Shown piece by piece: positions 1-13,400 of a stretch of DNA of 64,000 nucleotides. The notes beneath the pieces are model-generated. The model saw only the letters and a program-made list of their open reading frames with translations, was not told the DNA's origin and searched no databases. Origin of the DNA: Octopus sinensis (Eukaryota); assembly GCF_006345805.1 (NCBI RefSeq), contig NC_042998.1:68262001-68326000 (forward strand), in the 5' to 3' direction. Numbering within the stretch: the stretch's first letter is position 1; each line of letters begins with the position of its first letter. Made by a program: the position numbers and the translations under genes.

Positions 1-194
<194 letters not shown>

Positions 195-581
195 TAAATT
201 ATATTTGAACGGAGTCATAAACTAGGAAAGGCTCACAAATAAGTATGTCGAATTGATTTTAGGTGTCAAAAATATTACTTATATAACATTATGATGAATT
301 TGCTTCATTATAGAATTCCATATGTTTCGCTCTGTGAAACTTTTTTAACGAAATTGGTATTTCTTAAAACTTGTGGAATATATGGCAAAGAATTTTCTCT
401 GATTGCATTTTCGAAAACCCATTTGTTCAGTGAACCCACTGCATATTCTGTCATGATTCCAGCAACTGAATCAAATAAACCATTCGACTTAAAAGCTAAC
501 ATGCACTGAAACATATGGTCATCTGTAACGAAGCATACTCATTTCAATGTAATGCATTATACATGTGTGTGTGTGTGTGTG

Positions 582-785
582 AAGCGGCAAGCGAGCAGAA
601 TCGTTAACACATCGGATAAAAGGATTAGCAGTATTTCTTCCGGCTCTTTACGTACTGAATTCAGATTACTTCGAGGTCAACTTCGCCCTTATTCCCTCAG
701 TGTCTATAAAATAAAATACCAGTTATGTACTAGGATCGAGATAATCACGCATGTTCCCTCCCCTCAAAATTACTGGCCTTGAGCC
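582..785 (+). mobile_element. tRNA-derived SINE, family B (GGCGAGCTGGCAGAA head), diverged copy
   Basis: Similar to cleaner copies at 62983-63198, 51074-51290 and 48920-49120 (A-box-like head, B-box-like GAGTTCAAATTCC, GGGGTCGAT body). Confidence 0.7.
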
Positions 786-940
786 CTGCAGCGCACCTGC
801 GTCCGTTCAGGGGAAATGTTCTGATCTCGATCACCCCTTACGCCATGGAAACCAGGTAACTGATATCACAAAGAAAGAAAATTTTTAGTGTATATCAATG
901 AAAATACGATAAAATATAGGCATTTACTTCATCCTAATGT

Positions 941-1372
941 AGAGGCACATGGCCTAGTGGTTAGAGCAGCGGACTCGTAGTCGAGGTCAGAAGCTTGCTT
1001 AGCAGCCACATGGTTTCGGGTTCAGTCCCACAGCATGGCACTTTGGGCAAGTGTCTTCTACTATAGCCTCGGGCCGACCAAAGTCTTGTGAGTGGATTTG
1101 GTTGACGGAAATTGAAAGAAGCCCGTTGTATATATATATTATATGTGTGTGTGTCTGTGTGTCTGTGATTGTGTGTCTGCGTTTGTCCCCCTCCAACCAT
1201 CGTTTGACAACCGATGTTAGCGTGTTTAAGTCCCCCGTTACTTAGCGGTTCGGCCTAAGAGACCGATAGAATAAGTACCAGGCTTACAAAGAATAAGTCC
1301 TGGGGTCGATCTATTCGACTAAAGGCGGTGCTACAGCATGGCCGCAGTCATATGACTGAAACAAGTAAAAGA
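941..1372 (+). mobile_element. Chimeric SINE: family C head (941-986) joined to family A body and tail
   Basis: 941-986 matches the head at 12059 (GGCGCAATGGCCCAGTGGTTAGGGCAGCGGACTCG). 987-1372 matches family A at 57940-58335, including the tail GGCGGTGCTCCAGCATGGCCGCAGTC..TGACTGAAAC. Confidence 0.8.
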
Positions 1373-3273
1373 CTTTAAAAAATAATAAAAGAATATTGAT
1401 AAATGCCTTGATGCTATTTGTGTGTTTTTTTAATCGTCTTCTATCATTTTTTCGTCTCTTCTCTCTTTCTCTTCTCCCCGCCTCCCACTCTCTCGCTCTT
1501 GCCCTCTTTCTCTTCTTCATTATTTTCAGGTGTTAAGTTACCCTTTGAAAATATGCCCTTACAATATGATGAATTCCATTTCGCCGGGCGAAATTCTTAG
1601 AGGCATTTCATCTGCCTTTACGTTCTGAGTTCGAATTCCGCCGAGATCGACTTTGCCTTTCAGAGTCGATAGAATAAATACCGTGGATCACTGGGTTCAA
1701 TGTAAACTACTTACCCCTCTCCTAAAGTTGCTGGCCTTGAGCCAAAATTTGAAGGCAATAGGATGGGTTTCATTCCAACATCATGAAGTGTCTAGATCTG
1801 TTTCATTTCTGGAAATGTTCAATCTCACCACTACAAGCAACATAGCACCACCTGACATCAAAACAGAAGCAACTTCAGCATCTTGCTACAATGACATCTT
1901 TCCATTCATATTTCCTAAAAAGTGAGTTTAAAGTTACTTTTGAATATGGTGGTCAAACTTTTCGCTCACAACGTCTTTGTCTTTAGCTTGTAACTTTCTA
2001 TTTTTATATTATCAAGAACTTTTGATCTTAGAAAATAATATTTTCTTAAACCGTTAGTAATCAATAATTTCATCTCTTTAAGCTTCAGCTGCCATCATAG
2101 AAAACTAACGAAAATTTAGTATGTTATTCAAAAGTTTCTTTCTTCTGCTATGTAACAGTACTGATAAAAATCTGGTATTTGAAGGAGCTGCGGTTCATCC
2201 TATACATTATCATTGTAAATCATCCTTATTGAGAACTGATGTATAAACATCAAAGAATAAAGTTAAGAACTCAATCAATAACGATTCGGTCGTTAAACTC
2301 ATTCGTATTATATTACATTGCAAGTTAAAGCAAATGAGATCGATTGCGTGGGATTTTTTATCGGCTAAAGCAATCTTTAAGAGTATCTTATTTACACATA
2401 AGAGTAACATATTTCACATAAAGATAATACTTTGTGCTCTACAGCTGTTTCATTAAGATAAACACTGCTAAATGTATAAACACCACCAACTTAGATAACT
2501 GTGATATATATATATATATTACATTATAGGATTTGAACTCACAATTTAATAATTCGGAAGTGAATGCTGCAACATCTTTCTTTCTGATTCTCTAACGACC
2601 CTGCCAGCTCACAATCCTTAATTACGGATTATATTATCAGTTATTTAAATAATTTACCTCTTCTAAAGAAAATATAATAACCAATATTCTTTGGTGACTA
2701 TCTTCAGTGAAGCTATCATCTGCTGGAAATCTCCATTTTCTATGAATCCTAAATAACCCTTTAAGCTAATATATACATTTTCATTGGAATATATTTAATC
2801 AATGCTACCGTGAGTGATCTAGAAAGAACGAGTGTATATATATATAACTTTTTTTCATGCATAATTTAGGAGTATAACATATGGAAATGATTTTATCTGT
2901 ATCGCAAAAATAGAGTGTTATTAACATAGAAGTATGTGGATTACTTAACGGTTGTATTTTGCCGCTATTTTTCTTATATACATTTACATTACGTAATATA
3001 TTTTCATTTTTCTTTTATCTGCAAAATATTCTTCGAGCAGTTATCTTATCAGAGAAGAATCAATTTCTTTTCTTCATCTTTAAGCAAGAAACTTCATACT
3101 TAGTTCGTGAACTAAATCTACAAACAATAACCGTGGCTATGCGTTCTGAATACGTTCAGACAATTCTAACTTGAATAGCTGATCGTTGTTGTTGTTGTTG
3201 TTGTTGTTTTTCTTCATCGGAGAAATTTGAAACAAGTAGTAGTAGTATAGTAGTAGTAGTAGTAGTAGTAGTA

Positions 3274-3803
3274 GAGAGCAGCACATGCCATCAAGGTGAC
3301 GCTGGGGTACAAATATACGAAGCCCAATTTACCCCTCATGACTACCCATCTCATAAGGGTACAGCAGGTACATACATCATAACCATATGTGAGCAACAGG
3401 GTGACAAACAGAGCATGGCTGCTGGAGCCCAGTCAGAATTTTCTTCAGGTCGACTAGCCCATCCGCTCAAAAGATCCCTGAATAAGGGTTGTTTAAGGAT
3501 GATGAACGAAACAACCATGTTTCCAGAGGTTAATAATTTAAACCCCGAAGAGTTCTCAACACATGGCTGTGATGCTCCCCCAGTACACCTGCTCGTGATT
3601 AGCGATTCACATATGATCAGTTACTAAGGGACATACTCAACTGGTTACGGTCAAGCAATTTCTAAGTAAATTTGTGGTATTGAGCAGAATATTTGCTGTA
3701 GCCCGCCTTTTATACCAAGAGAAAACAATATACTTGATAACGCTTCTAATCAGTTAAAATCAGAAGCTATGAAAGCCACTGCCTGGTATTGCATCAGGGC
3801 ATT
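3274..3803 (-). mobile_element. Non-coding ~0.55-0.75 kb retroposon-like element with microsatellite tail
   Basis: Same sequence as 26814-27565 and 51862-52005. Same 5' end (ATGCCCTGATGCA.TACCAG.CAGTGGC) and 3' end (GCTGCTCTC) followed by a trinucleotide repeat. Confidence 0.8.
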
Positions 3804-3972
3804 ATTAAGGGCAGAATCGTTAGCACGTCTTTACGTTCTGAGTTCAAATTCCGATTAGGTTGGCTTTGCCTTTCATCCTTTCGGGGTCAATAAAATAGGT
3901 AGAAGACGAGCACTGGGGTCGATTAACTCCTTCCCTCGAAACTGCTGGTTAAGTACTCAAATTTTAAACCAT

Positions 3973-4038
<66 letters not shown>

Positions 4039-4769
4039 ACACGTCATCATTATGAAAGTTCCGCTTTTATCAATGGTTTATTGTTCTGGAATTTAATGAA
4101 AATATTTTTCAGCTGAAAGAGTTTGTAAGAATTCTTGCAAAAAACGATACAGTTCCTCTCCCGGAGTCTCCAGTCGAATTTTCCTGTTTTTTTTATTAAC
4201 AACTTTGTCCACAGTTGATCCTAGTGTTACTATTTCCCATGTGGTAGAGATTCTTCAGTTTTCTTTTCGAGTCCAGATAAATTTCAATGTTTTCTACTCC
4301 TGCACCTTAGATTCTACTCTGATATCTTTTATCCATTACTTTGTCTTTTGCTCGCTTCTATCGTTAGGCTGCAGCCATACTGGAACACTGGCTTGGAAGC
4401 ACTTACTCGAACGCAAGTTTTACTAAACCACTTGATTTTTTTCTTCTGCATCTGCCCTCGATGCCTAGGCTCAGATTGCGCAAGAAAATTCTTCAGGATG
4501 TTATAACAGTCATTTTCAACACCAACCACTTACTGTTCATGCCATTGTTTTTCATCTACATTGAAAACAAATTGCATATTACCCACACAACGCATCGCTT
4601 CTCTAACATTTCGTATTTTCTTTTCTCTTCGTACTCTATCATCTCACTACATTCGACCACTAAGATGGTTAATTGTTTTTAATGGCTGGACTCGGCGTGG
4701 ATAAAGCTATAAATGATATCATGCAGATACTGGATAAAAGACCCTTTGGATAGAAATACATCCTTTAAC

Positions 4770-4927
4770 TTACATTATTTACATTTTTTTACAATTGACG
4801 GATATTTGTCCTCATCTTGTTTGTTGCTAACACAACGTTTCGGCTGATATACCCTCCAGCCTTCATCAGGTGTCTTGGGGAAAATTTTGAACCTAGGTTC
4901 TCATTCCTAAGGTATTTTTCGATGTTA

Positions 4928-4959
<32 letters not shown>

Positions 4960-4997
4960 TCATTGCCTGGAATCGAACGCGGAATCTTGACCTGAAT

Positions 4998-5055
<58 letters not shown>

Positions 5056-5245
5056 TTAATAATAATAATAATAACAACATCGAAAAATACTTTAGGAATG
5101 AGAACCCAGGTTCGAAATTTCCCCAAGACACATGATGAAGGCTAGAGGGTATATCAGCCGAAATGTTGTGTTAACAACAAACAAGATGAGGACAAATATC
5201 CGTCAAATGTATATAATTCCTCATCTCTTAAATATAGAACTGTAT
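4770..5245. mobile_element. Palindromic element with two inverted HHR-bearing arms (PLE pseudo-LTR-like)
   Basis: 4795-4955 is the reverse complement of 4995-5215. (ATT)n/(AAT)n inner arms surround a 39-nt spacer CAGGTCA...TGACCTG. A further one-armed copy lies at 59205-59590. Confidence 0.85.
4829..4874 (-). ncRNA. Minimal type I hammerhead ribozyme, intact core
   Basis: Minus strand: GACAC CTGATGA A GGCTG gagggtatat CAGCC GAAA CGT T / GTGTT. Stem I GACAC:GTGTT, 5-bp stem II, palindromic ACGT stem III, GUU site. Confidence 0.85.
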
Positions 5246-5382
5246 CCTTCAACTTTTTCTATCTAAAGCGGGATTTTTAATCCATTATTTATATGCTATT
5301 ATATATAGCTTTGTCTACTTCCAGTTTCAAACAAATTATTTCACGCCTCTCGGAGTTTCTAAATTTTCATGGCGTTTACATA

Positions 5383-5750
5383 GGCACAGGTGTTTGCTTC
5401 TCAACCATTTGAGCCCGGGTTCGGTCCCACTGTGTGGCGCTTTGGGCAAGTGTCTTTTTCAATAGCTCTAGTCCGACCAATGCTTTGTGAGAGGATTTGT
5501 TAGACGGAAAGTGAAAGAAGCCCATCCTGAGTGTGTGTGCTTGTGCTCCATCACCGCTTGACAATCGTCATTGGTGTGTTTATGTCCCCGTAACTTAGAG
5601 GTTCGGCAAAAGGGACTGACAGAATAAGTACCATGCTTTTTAAAAATAAGTAACGAGGTCGTTTCAATCGACTAAAAATTATTCGAGGTGGTACCCCAGC
5701 ATGGCCGTAATCTAATGACTTAAACAGGCAAAAGTTAAAAGATAAAAGAT
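5383..5750 (+). mobile_element. SINE family A, diverged copy
   Basis: Similar to 57940-58335 over head, body and tail. Confidence 0.8.
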
Positions 5751-7296
5751 TACGTATGACTGCAGTGTACAGTGGGTTCCTCCCACGGGTGTGATGTGTG
5801 ACTGCCATTGCACTGTAGTTGCTGTTTTATGCTAGTACCCACAATAGTTACTAGTCATCGGATACCGTTGTATATCTTCATACCAGAATAGTAATACACT
5901 AACTCCTGTCTTACAAAACACCGACTAGAATGGTCGACTCTCAACTCTTCGACTTTCGACCCTCTCTTGACGACCAGCTACTGGTCTATTTATAATGGCT
6001 CTCCTACCACTTTTTACCGGGAGGGGTATATAGTTTCACTATACAGCAGACTGACTGTTTGTTTAGTTTTCCTCTTATTCATCACTTACAACCTATCAGG
6101 CTCCTCTCTATTTTTCGGTTATAACAATATTTGTTCAAATCTCATCAACCACTATAGACGTACTCACAGCATATTTCATTCTTTTTCTTCTTACTTTTAA
6201 CCAACTTCACAGTTCTTTCACAGCTAAATCTTCGACGTGTCCAACAAACTGACCGAGTAACAATTTTTTTCTTTACTATTTTCCACTAATCATTTCTTTT
6301 TTCTGTTCCTAAATATTCTCTCATTGTGTCTATTATTGATCTTTCAGATTACACATATAAGCTTGTCTTTGTCCTTCCCAATTCTTACTGTCTACTATAC
6401 AAATGATTGGCATGCTTGCTTATACTATACGATGTCGATGAAGTGTAATAAAATCAAATATGTCCATAGTCGTCTGTTGCCAGCAAACAATGATCAGACT
6501 TGCCCTTAGGCGTGTAAAATACCTTTAAGAAATTAATTTCAATTTATTGAAATTATGTCACACCACACACGCACTTTTTGAGAATCATTTATTACCATTA
6601 GGTTTATGTTTTCTTTCTCCAACTCTAATGCAAATTTCAATTCAGAAATATTTAAAGACATCACCCCCAACAGCTAAATTCACACTACTGACATATGTGG
6701 GTTACTTCCCTTAGATAATTTCACTTCTAAATATCAAAATTAGTTTTATTTACATGAAGATTGAATCACAATTCAATTATAAGGGAACAAAGAAAAAAAG
6801 AAAAAGGAGATATTAAGCAGCAGAAGCGGGGGTCAAATAGTACATCCCAGAACAAACTCTGCTACATTTGGCAATTCTCTACCTTGTTCACGCGTGCTAT
6901 TTACAAACTGTCATCGCTATATCGTTGGTTGTAACGTACTTTGTCTTAGAAATAAGTTTCTATCAAAGCCAAAAATATTCTGATCTCTAAGTAGTTGTCA
7001 CTTCGAGATTTCTTTTCACTCAATCACTGACTCATTGATAATTCAGTAAATCCAGCGGTATAACTGGCAGCAATATACGAGATATTTAGCTTTTCACACG
7101 GCTCTTGTTGGTAAAAATTGAAGAAAGAAATTGAAGGTGTTCAACTTAAATTAGATAAGTCATCAAATATCTGTAAATGATAATACCAGGAATAAAGGTT
7201 GGTTGTTTGGATGATTTGTTGCGTTCTCTAGTAAAGTTTTAGATCGGATAAAGAGAAGAAGCGAGAAAGGGTGAAAGAGAGATACAGGCATATATA

Positions 7297-7327
<31 letters not shown>

Positions 7328-7345
7328 CATATATATACATATATA

Positions 7346-7389
<44 letters not shown>

Positions 7390-7440
7390 TATATATATAT
7401 ATATTACATATATATAACATATATATACATATATATATAT

Positions 7441-7475
<35 letters not shown>

Positions 7476-7668
7476 ATATATATATATATCATACATACAT
7501 ATATATATACATATGTACACAACATATTTATATACATATGTGTGCGTATGTGTGTGTATACATATATGTGTACATATGTATGTAAATATAGTGAACAAAA
7601 TTGCTAGAGGGAAATTATTTAAAAAAAACCGTCGCATAAATATATGGATACATACGTATATGAAAATA

Positions 7669-7972
7669 CGTGACTTAGTGGTTAGAGTATTTGGCTTACG
7701 ATCGTAAAGTCATGAGTTCGATTCCCGGCAGCGCTTTGCGTCCTTGAGCTGGACACGTTATTTTCACGATGCTTCTGTCCACTCATCTGGTAAGAATGAG
7801 TAGTGCTTGTATTTCAAAAGGGCCAGACTTGTCACATTGAATCTCCCTGAGAACCACGTTAAGAGCGCACGTGTCTCTGGAGTGCTCAGCCACTTACAAG
7901 TTAATTTCACAAGCAGACTCTTCCGTTGATCGAATCAACTGGAACATTCGTCGTCGAAACCGACGGAGTGCT
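7669..7972 (+). mobile_element. tRNA-derived SINE sharing its 3' half with family C but with a different head and body
   Basis: GAGTTCGATTCCC B-box. Its 3' part (GTTGATCGAATCAACTGGAAC..CGTCGTCG.AACCGACGGAGTGC) matches 12300-12385. Confidence 0.75.
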
Positions 7973-8573
7973 GGATTTTGTTTTGTTTTATTTTTTAGAT
8001 ACATATATCTATATAGATGGGATTACATACAGACATACACATATATATACATACGTGCGTGCATGTATGTACGTATAAACGTTTTTTATAAATACACTAT
8101 ACACACATAAACAAACAAATATATCTAACAGACATTTGCTTGCATGGTAACATATAACGCAACTTGAGGTGGTATATGTTTAAACTAAAATACATCCTAG
8201 AAGAGTCATTATCGCCATATAAAACACGTCATCCTATTCCTTTTCGGTTCATTTGCCAAACAGTAATGTATAATGTTATAACGTAAATTAAACCATACAA
8301 TAAAACAGTGCCTTCATACATTACAACCGGGCCACGCATAGAACTTCAACACATCTCGATATTAACATACGTATTGGAAGTATGCATAAATATATTATGC
8401 ACAAATGTATATTTTTTCTATATATTTATAATTATATATACATGTATGTATATATATGTGTGTATGTGTGTATGTATGTATATATGTGTGTGTGTGTATT
8501 ATATATATATTTATATATGTATGTATGTCTGAGTGTATGTATAGATAGACAGATAGATATAGCTCTCTTTCTA

Positions 8574-8636
<63 letters not shown>

Positions 8637-9423
8637 TATATATGTATGTGTGTGTGTATACTCATAGTGATATGTACAGCTGTATGTATACCTTTATATA
8701 AAATATATATATATATATACATTTTGACTACAATGCATACTTCTCTACATACGTATACATACGTAGATATATGCATATGCATGTATATAAATGTGTGTGT
8801 GTGCGTGTCTGTGTCTGTGTGTGTATATATATATATATGTATGGATGTATCTATGTATAAATACAGTTATATATATATATATACATACATATGTTATACA
8901 TGATTATATATATATATACATATATATATATATGTCTGTGAGTGCGTGTGTGTGTGTGTGTGTGTGTGTGTATGTTTGTGGGGGTGCGTGCGCGTGTATA
9001 TTTGAGTGTTTCTTCACAAATATTCACAATAAAATGCTATAGTGCCATGTCTGTATATCTCTGAAAAAAAAAACCATAGCCCACAATAAAACCAGTGTAA
9101 CAGCTGTATACTTGAAAGAATATTCATAAGAAACACTAAGTCCGAGACATAAAATATATATTTCTTTATATTTACTAACTTTATATATTTTTAACACGAA
9201 TTCCTGTCTTGTTGCCATTATCGACCAATATTTTCATCTTGTCAACGTATTTTCTCCTTTGTTGTTCCATAGCTTTCAAACCGCAATTTATACACACACA
9301 CACACACACACACACATACACATACCCACACATACAAATATATATGCATATATATATATGTATGTATATACATATATATGTGTGTGTGTATGCATATATA
9401 TATATATATATATGCGTATATAT

Positions 9424-9462
<39 letters not shown>

Positions 9463-10512
9463 TACATATCTATACATCATATATACATACATTCATATAT
9501 ACACACACACACACATACACTTGTATATCTGTATATATGACGCATATATGTATATATACCATCATTGTCATCTATATTTTTCGCAAATATTATCATCACT
9601 AGTAGTAGTAGTAGTAGTAGTAGTAAGTGTACCATCATTGAAGAGATGAAGGACATAGAATGGGTGGAGCACCATAGAAAACACAAAATATTTTTCTTGG
9701 CTACGTTCAAGTTCTGTATTCTTCTTTTACCCTTTTTTTGAATTCAAAATTCCGTCGAGGTTGACTTCAGAAAGGAAATATATATTTTCTCCTTAGAAAA
9801 TATTACCAGTTCAAACAATGTATATGATATTTGTATGACGTTAATGCTGTTTTCTTCTTTTTCGTTTCTTTTTTTTTTTTTTTTTTTTTTTGCCTTTACG
9901 TATTTGAAGTTATTTTAGATCGAACGGAAACTTTTCGTTATTTTGTTTTTGTTATTTTCAGAATCGAACCAAGTTCTAAGACTGTTTATTGATGTCTGAT
10001 GTCTTCCATACCATTCACGAATCTGTCTCCTCCTCCTCCGCATTATCATCATCATCACCATCATCATCCGTCTTCTTCTCCTCCTCCTCCTTCTCCTCCT
10101 CCTCCTCCTCCTCGTGCTCCTCCACCTCCTCCATGAAGAAGGCAGACTTGTCTAACCACGAAGACAAAAATAACTGTAAAATTGTAAAGGAGACATGACA
10201 TAGCGTCACCGAACTCAGACCAAAAGTTCCCCTTTGTAGTCATTGCAGCCAGACCACCCTGTCTCGTATCGAGCTTCTCGTACAGATCAGACAATGGTAA
10301 TGATCACGAATAGGCATTGCATAGAATTCATCTGAGACAGGCAGACTTGCAGTAGGAATAATATGCACCGCTGGATTAACCATTAAGTAAAAAATACGTG
10401 CTTAGGGTATCAAAGAAAGGGAGACACCACAGAAATGGTAAATGGTTTATGGCACAAAAGAAATCACTTTAAAATTGCTAAAATAATGTTTCGGATGCTT
10501 TAAGTATATCGT

Positions 10513-10884
10513 AGCACTCAGTCGATTACGACGACAAGGGTTCCAGTTGATCCGATCAACGGAATGGCCTGCTCGTGAAATTAGCACTCCACAGACACGT
10601 GTACCCTTAATGTAGCTCTCGCGGGAGTTTCAGCATGATACAGAGTATGACAAGGTTGGACCTTTGAAATACCGGTACAACAGAAACAGAAAGAATCAGA
10701 GAAGGTTGTGGTGAAAGAGTACAGCAGGGTTCGCCACCACCCTCGGCCGGAACCTCGTAGATGTCTTCGTAGAGCTTTAGGTGTTTTCGCTCAATAAACA
10801 CTCACAACGATGGTCTGGGAATTGAAACCGCGATCCTACGACCGCGAGTCCGATGCCGTAACGACTAGGCCATTGCGCCTCCAC
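10513..10884 (-). mobile_element. SINE family C
   Basis: Reverse complement of the 12059-12385 type, with a tRNA-like head at 10884-10820. Confidence 0.85.
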
Positions 10885-11206
10885 TCCTTAAGTATAGAAT
10901 CAGATGTGTTATGTAAGGTTAATTTTCAGGATCTTATCAAAGACTTTTGCAATGAAAAACAAGTAGGAGGAAACTTTTCAAATATAAATAAAGTGGAATT
11001 ATACAAAAATTAACATTATTTTCCAGTTTACACTTAGCTTTATTTCATTTTCAGAAATAGAAATATATTTTATGGTTTATATTTGTTTGTATTTTGAATT
11101 ACATATATATGGGGACACCAAAATCTTTTGAGTACTTAAGGTTGCTATGGGTCTTAATCGGGCCCTGATAATAGTTCAAATTTCGCCTATGTTGACTTTA
11201 CATTTA

Positions 11207-11455
11207 TTCTTTTATTCTTTTTTTTGTTTCAGTCATTTGACTGAGACCATGCTGAAGCACCGCATTTATTCGAACAAATCGACCCCAGGACTTATTCTTT
11301 GTAAGCCTAGTACTTATTCGTTCGGACTCTTTTGCTGAACCGCTAAGTTGCGGGGACATAAACGCACCAACATCGGTTGCCAAGCGATGTTGGAGGACAA
11401 AAACACAAACATACACTCAGAACCACACACACACACACACACAATATATATATAT

Positions 11456-11526
<71 letters not shown>

Positions 11527-11730
11527 ATATATAATATATAATACAGACATATATATATACATATATACGACGGGCTTCTTTCAGTTTCCGTCTACTAAAT
11601 CCACTTACAAGGCTTTGGTTGGCCCGATGCTATAGTAGAAGACACTTGCCCAAGTTGCCACGCAGCGGGTCTGAACCCGGAATCATGTGGCTGGTGAACA
11701 AGCTACTTACCACACAGCCAATCCTGCACC
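11207..11730 (-). mobile_element. SINE family A with internal (TA)n
   Basis: Full head, body, microsatellite and tail on the minus strand. Confidence 0.9.
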
Positions 11731-12058
11731 TTTCATTATTTTCTGGGTCGACAAAGTAAGTACCAGTAAATCAATGGGGGCGATGTAATTGATTTATCTC
11801 TCCCCCGAAATTACTCACCCCGAGCCAAACTTTGAATCCAAGATTGGAGGCGTGAGCAAACTGTATGAATCAATTTGCTCATTTAAAACTTCCCCCAACA
11901 CCGAGAATGAACATTAAATTTCAAAGATTTATAAGAAATATGTTGATTTATGATCAAGGAGAGTACACAGTTGCCATGACAACTGAAATGAAATGTACAT
12001 AAAGTTGATCCGTGTCTTTCTGTGCACAACCATAGTTTCTAGGCATATAATTACAGAG

Positions 12059-12385
12059 TGGAGGCGCAATGGCCCAGTGGTTACGGCAGCGGACTCGCGG
12101 TCAAAGGATCATGGTTTCGATTCCCAGACCATCGTTGTGAGTGCATATTGAGCGAAAACACCTAAAACTCCACGAGCCTCAGGCAGGGAGTGGTGGCGAA
12201 CCCTGCTGTATTCGTTCACCACAACTTTCTCTCACTCTTGCTTCCGGTTTCTCATGTACCCGAGAACTACGTCAAGGATACAATTGTCTGTGGAGTGCTC
12301 AACCACTTGCACGTTAATTCCAAGAGCAGGCTGTTCCGTTGCTCGGACCAACTTGAACGCTCGTCGTCGTAACCGACGGAGTACC
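12059..12385 (+). mobile_element. SINE family C
   Basis: Head GGAGGCGCAATGGCCCAGTGGTTA, B-box GGTTTCGATTCCC, core CCACAACTTTCTCTCACTCTT, tail AACCGACGGAGT. Confidence 0.85.
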
Positions 12386-12930
12386 ACGATAGTTACAGAG
12401 AAAATCTTCACCTTGTTTCAGTCATTAGACTGCCGTCGTGCTGAGTCACTCCCTCGATGGGTTTAGTCGAAAAAATATCGAACCAGTACCTATTTTTATT
12501 TTAAAATCTGGTACTTATATCATTCTTTTGCCACCGCACCGCTAAGTTATTGGAGTGTAAACAAACTGACACCAGTTCTCAGGCAGTGTGCAGACAAACA
12601 CAATGACACACATATACACACATACAATCATATACACATGTGTATATGTGTATGTGTATATACGTGTATGTGTATATATACATATATATATATAATATAT
12701 ATATATATATACATAGATATGGATATGTAGATATAATCCACATGCCACAGAACCTCAGAGTGATGAACTTCCACACAGTTTCCGTCTACCAAATACCTTC
12801 ACAAGACTAACACACGAAACTCTCGGACCTTGAATCACTCTGTTGCTTCTTGTAAATACTAATAAAAATATACATATACTCATATTTTGAATTCTATTTT
12901 TACTTTTTGCATCAACATACCTATACTCAT

Positions 12931-13303
12931 ACTCTTTTACTTGTTTCAGTCATTTGACTGCGGCCATGCTGGAGCACCGCCTTTAGTCGAGCAACTCGAC
13001 CTCGGGACTTATTCTTTGTAAGCCCTGTACTTATTCTATCGTCCCTTTTGCCGAACCGCTAAGTGACGGGGACATAAACACACAAGCAATCCTAGAGGGA
13101 CAAACACAGACACACAAACATACACGCACACATATATATACATATATACGACGGGCTTATTTTCAGTTTCCGTCTACCAAATCCACTCACAAGGCTTTGG
13201 TCGGCCCGAGGCTATAGTAGAAGACACTTGCCCAAGGTGCCACGCAGTGGGACTGAACCCGGAACCTACCGCAAGCTACTTACCACACAGTCATTCCCGC
13301 ACC
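12931..13303 (-). mobile_element. SINE family A
   Basis: Similar to 61643-62060. Confidence 0.9.
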
Positions 13304-13307
13304 TATA

Positions 13308-13397
<90 letters not shown>

Positions 13398-13400
<3 letters not shown>

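Noticed and set aside
308-522. GLFDSVAGI resembles an S66 LD-carboxypeptidase segment (would suggest horizontal transfer)
   Set aside because: Only about 9 residues match; the catalytic His motif is absent and no other part of the enzyme is visible.
7352-9650. Many long ORFs rich in Y/I/C/V/H/T (also at 21.5-22.2, 37-38.5, 42 and 53-55 kb)
   Set aside because: They are translations of (TA)n, (TG)n and (TATG)n microsatellites that lack stop codons.
10130-10330. Minus-strand ORF SDLYEKLDTRQGG... as a host exon
   Set aside because: The plus strand reads LCSHCSQTTLSRIELL, which resembles an RTE C-terminal zinc finger, so a LINE remnant is more likely. Neither reading is firm.
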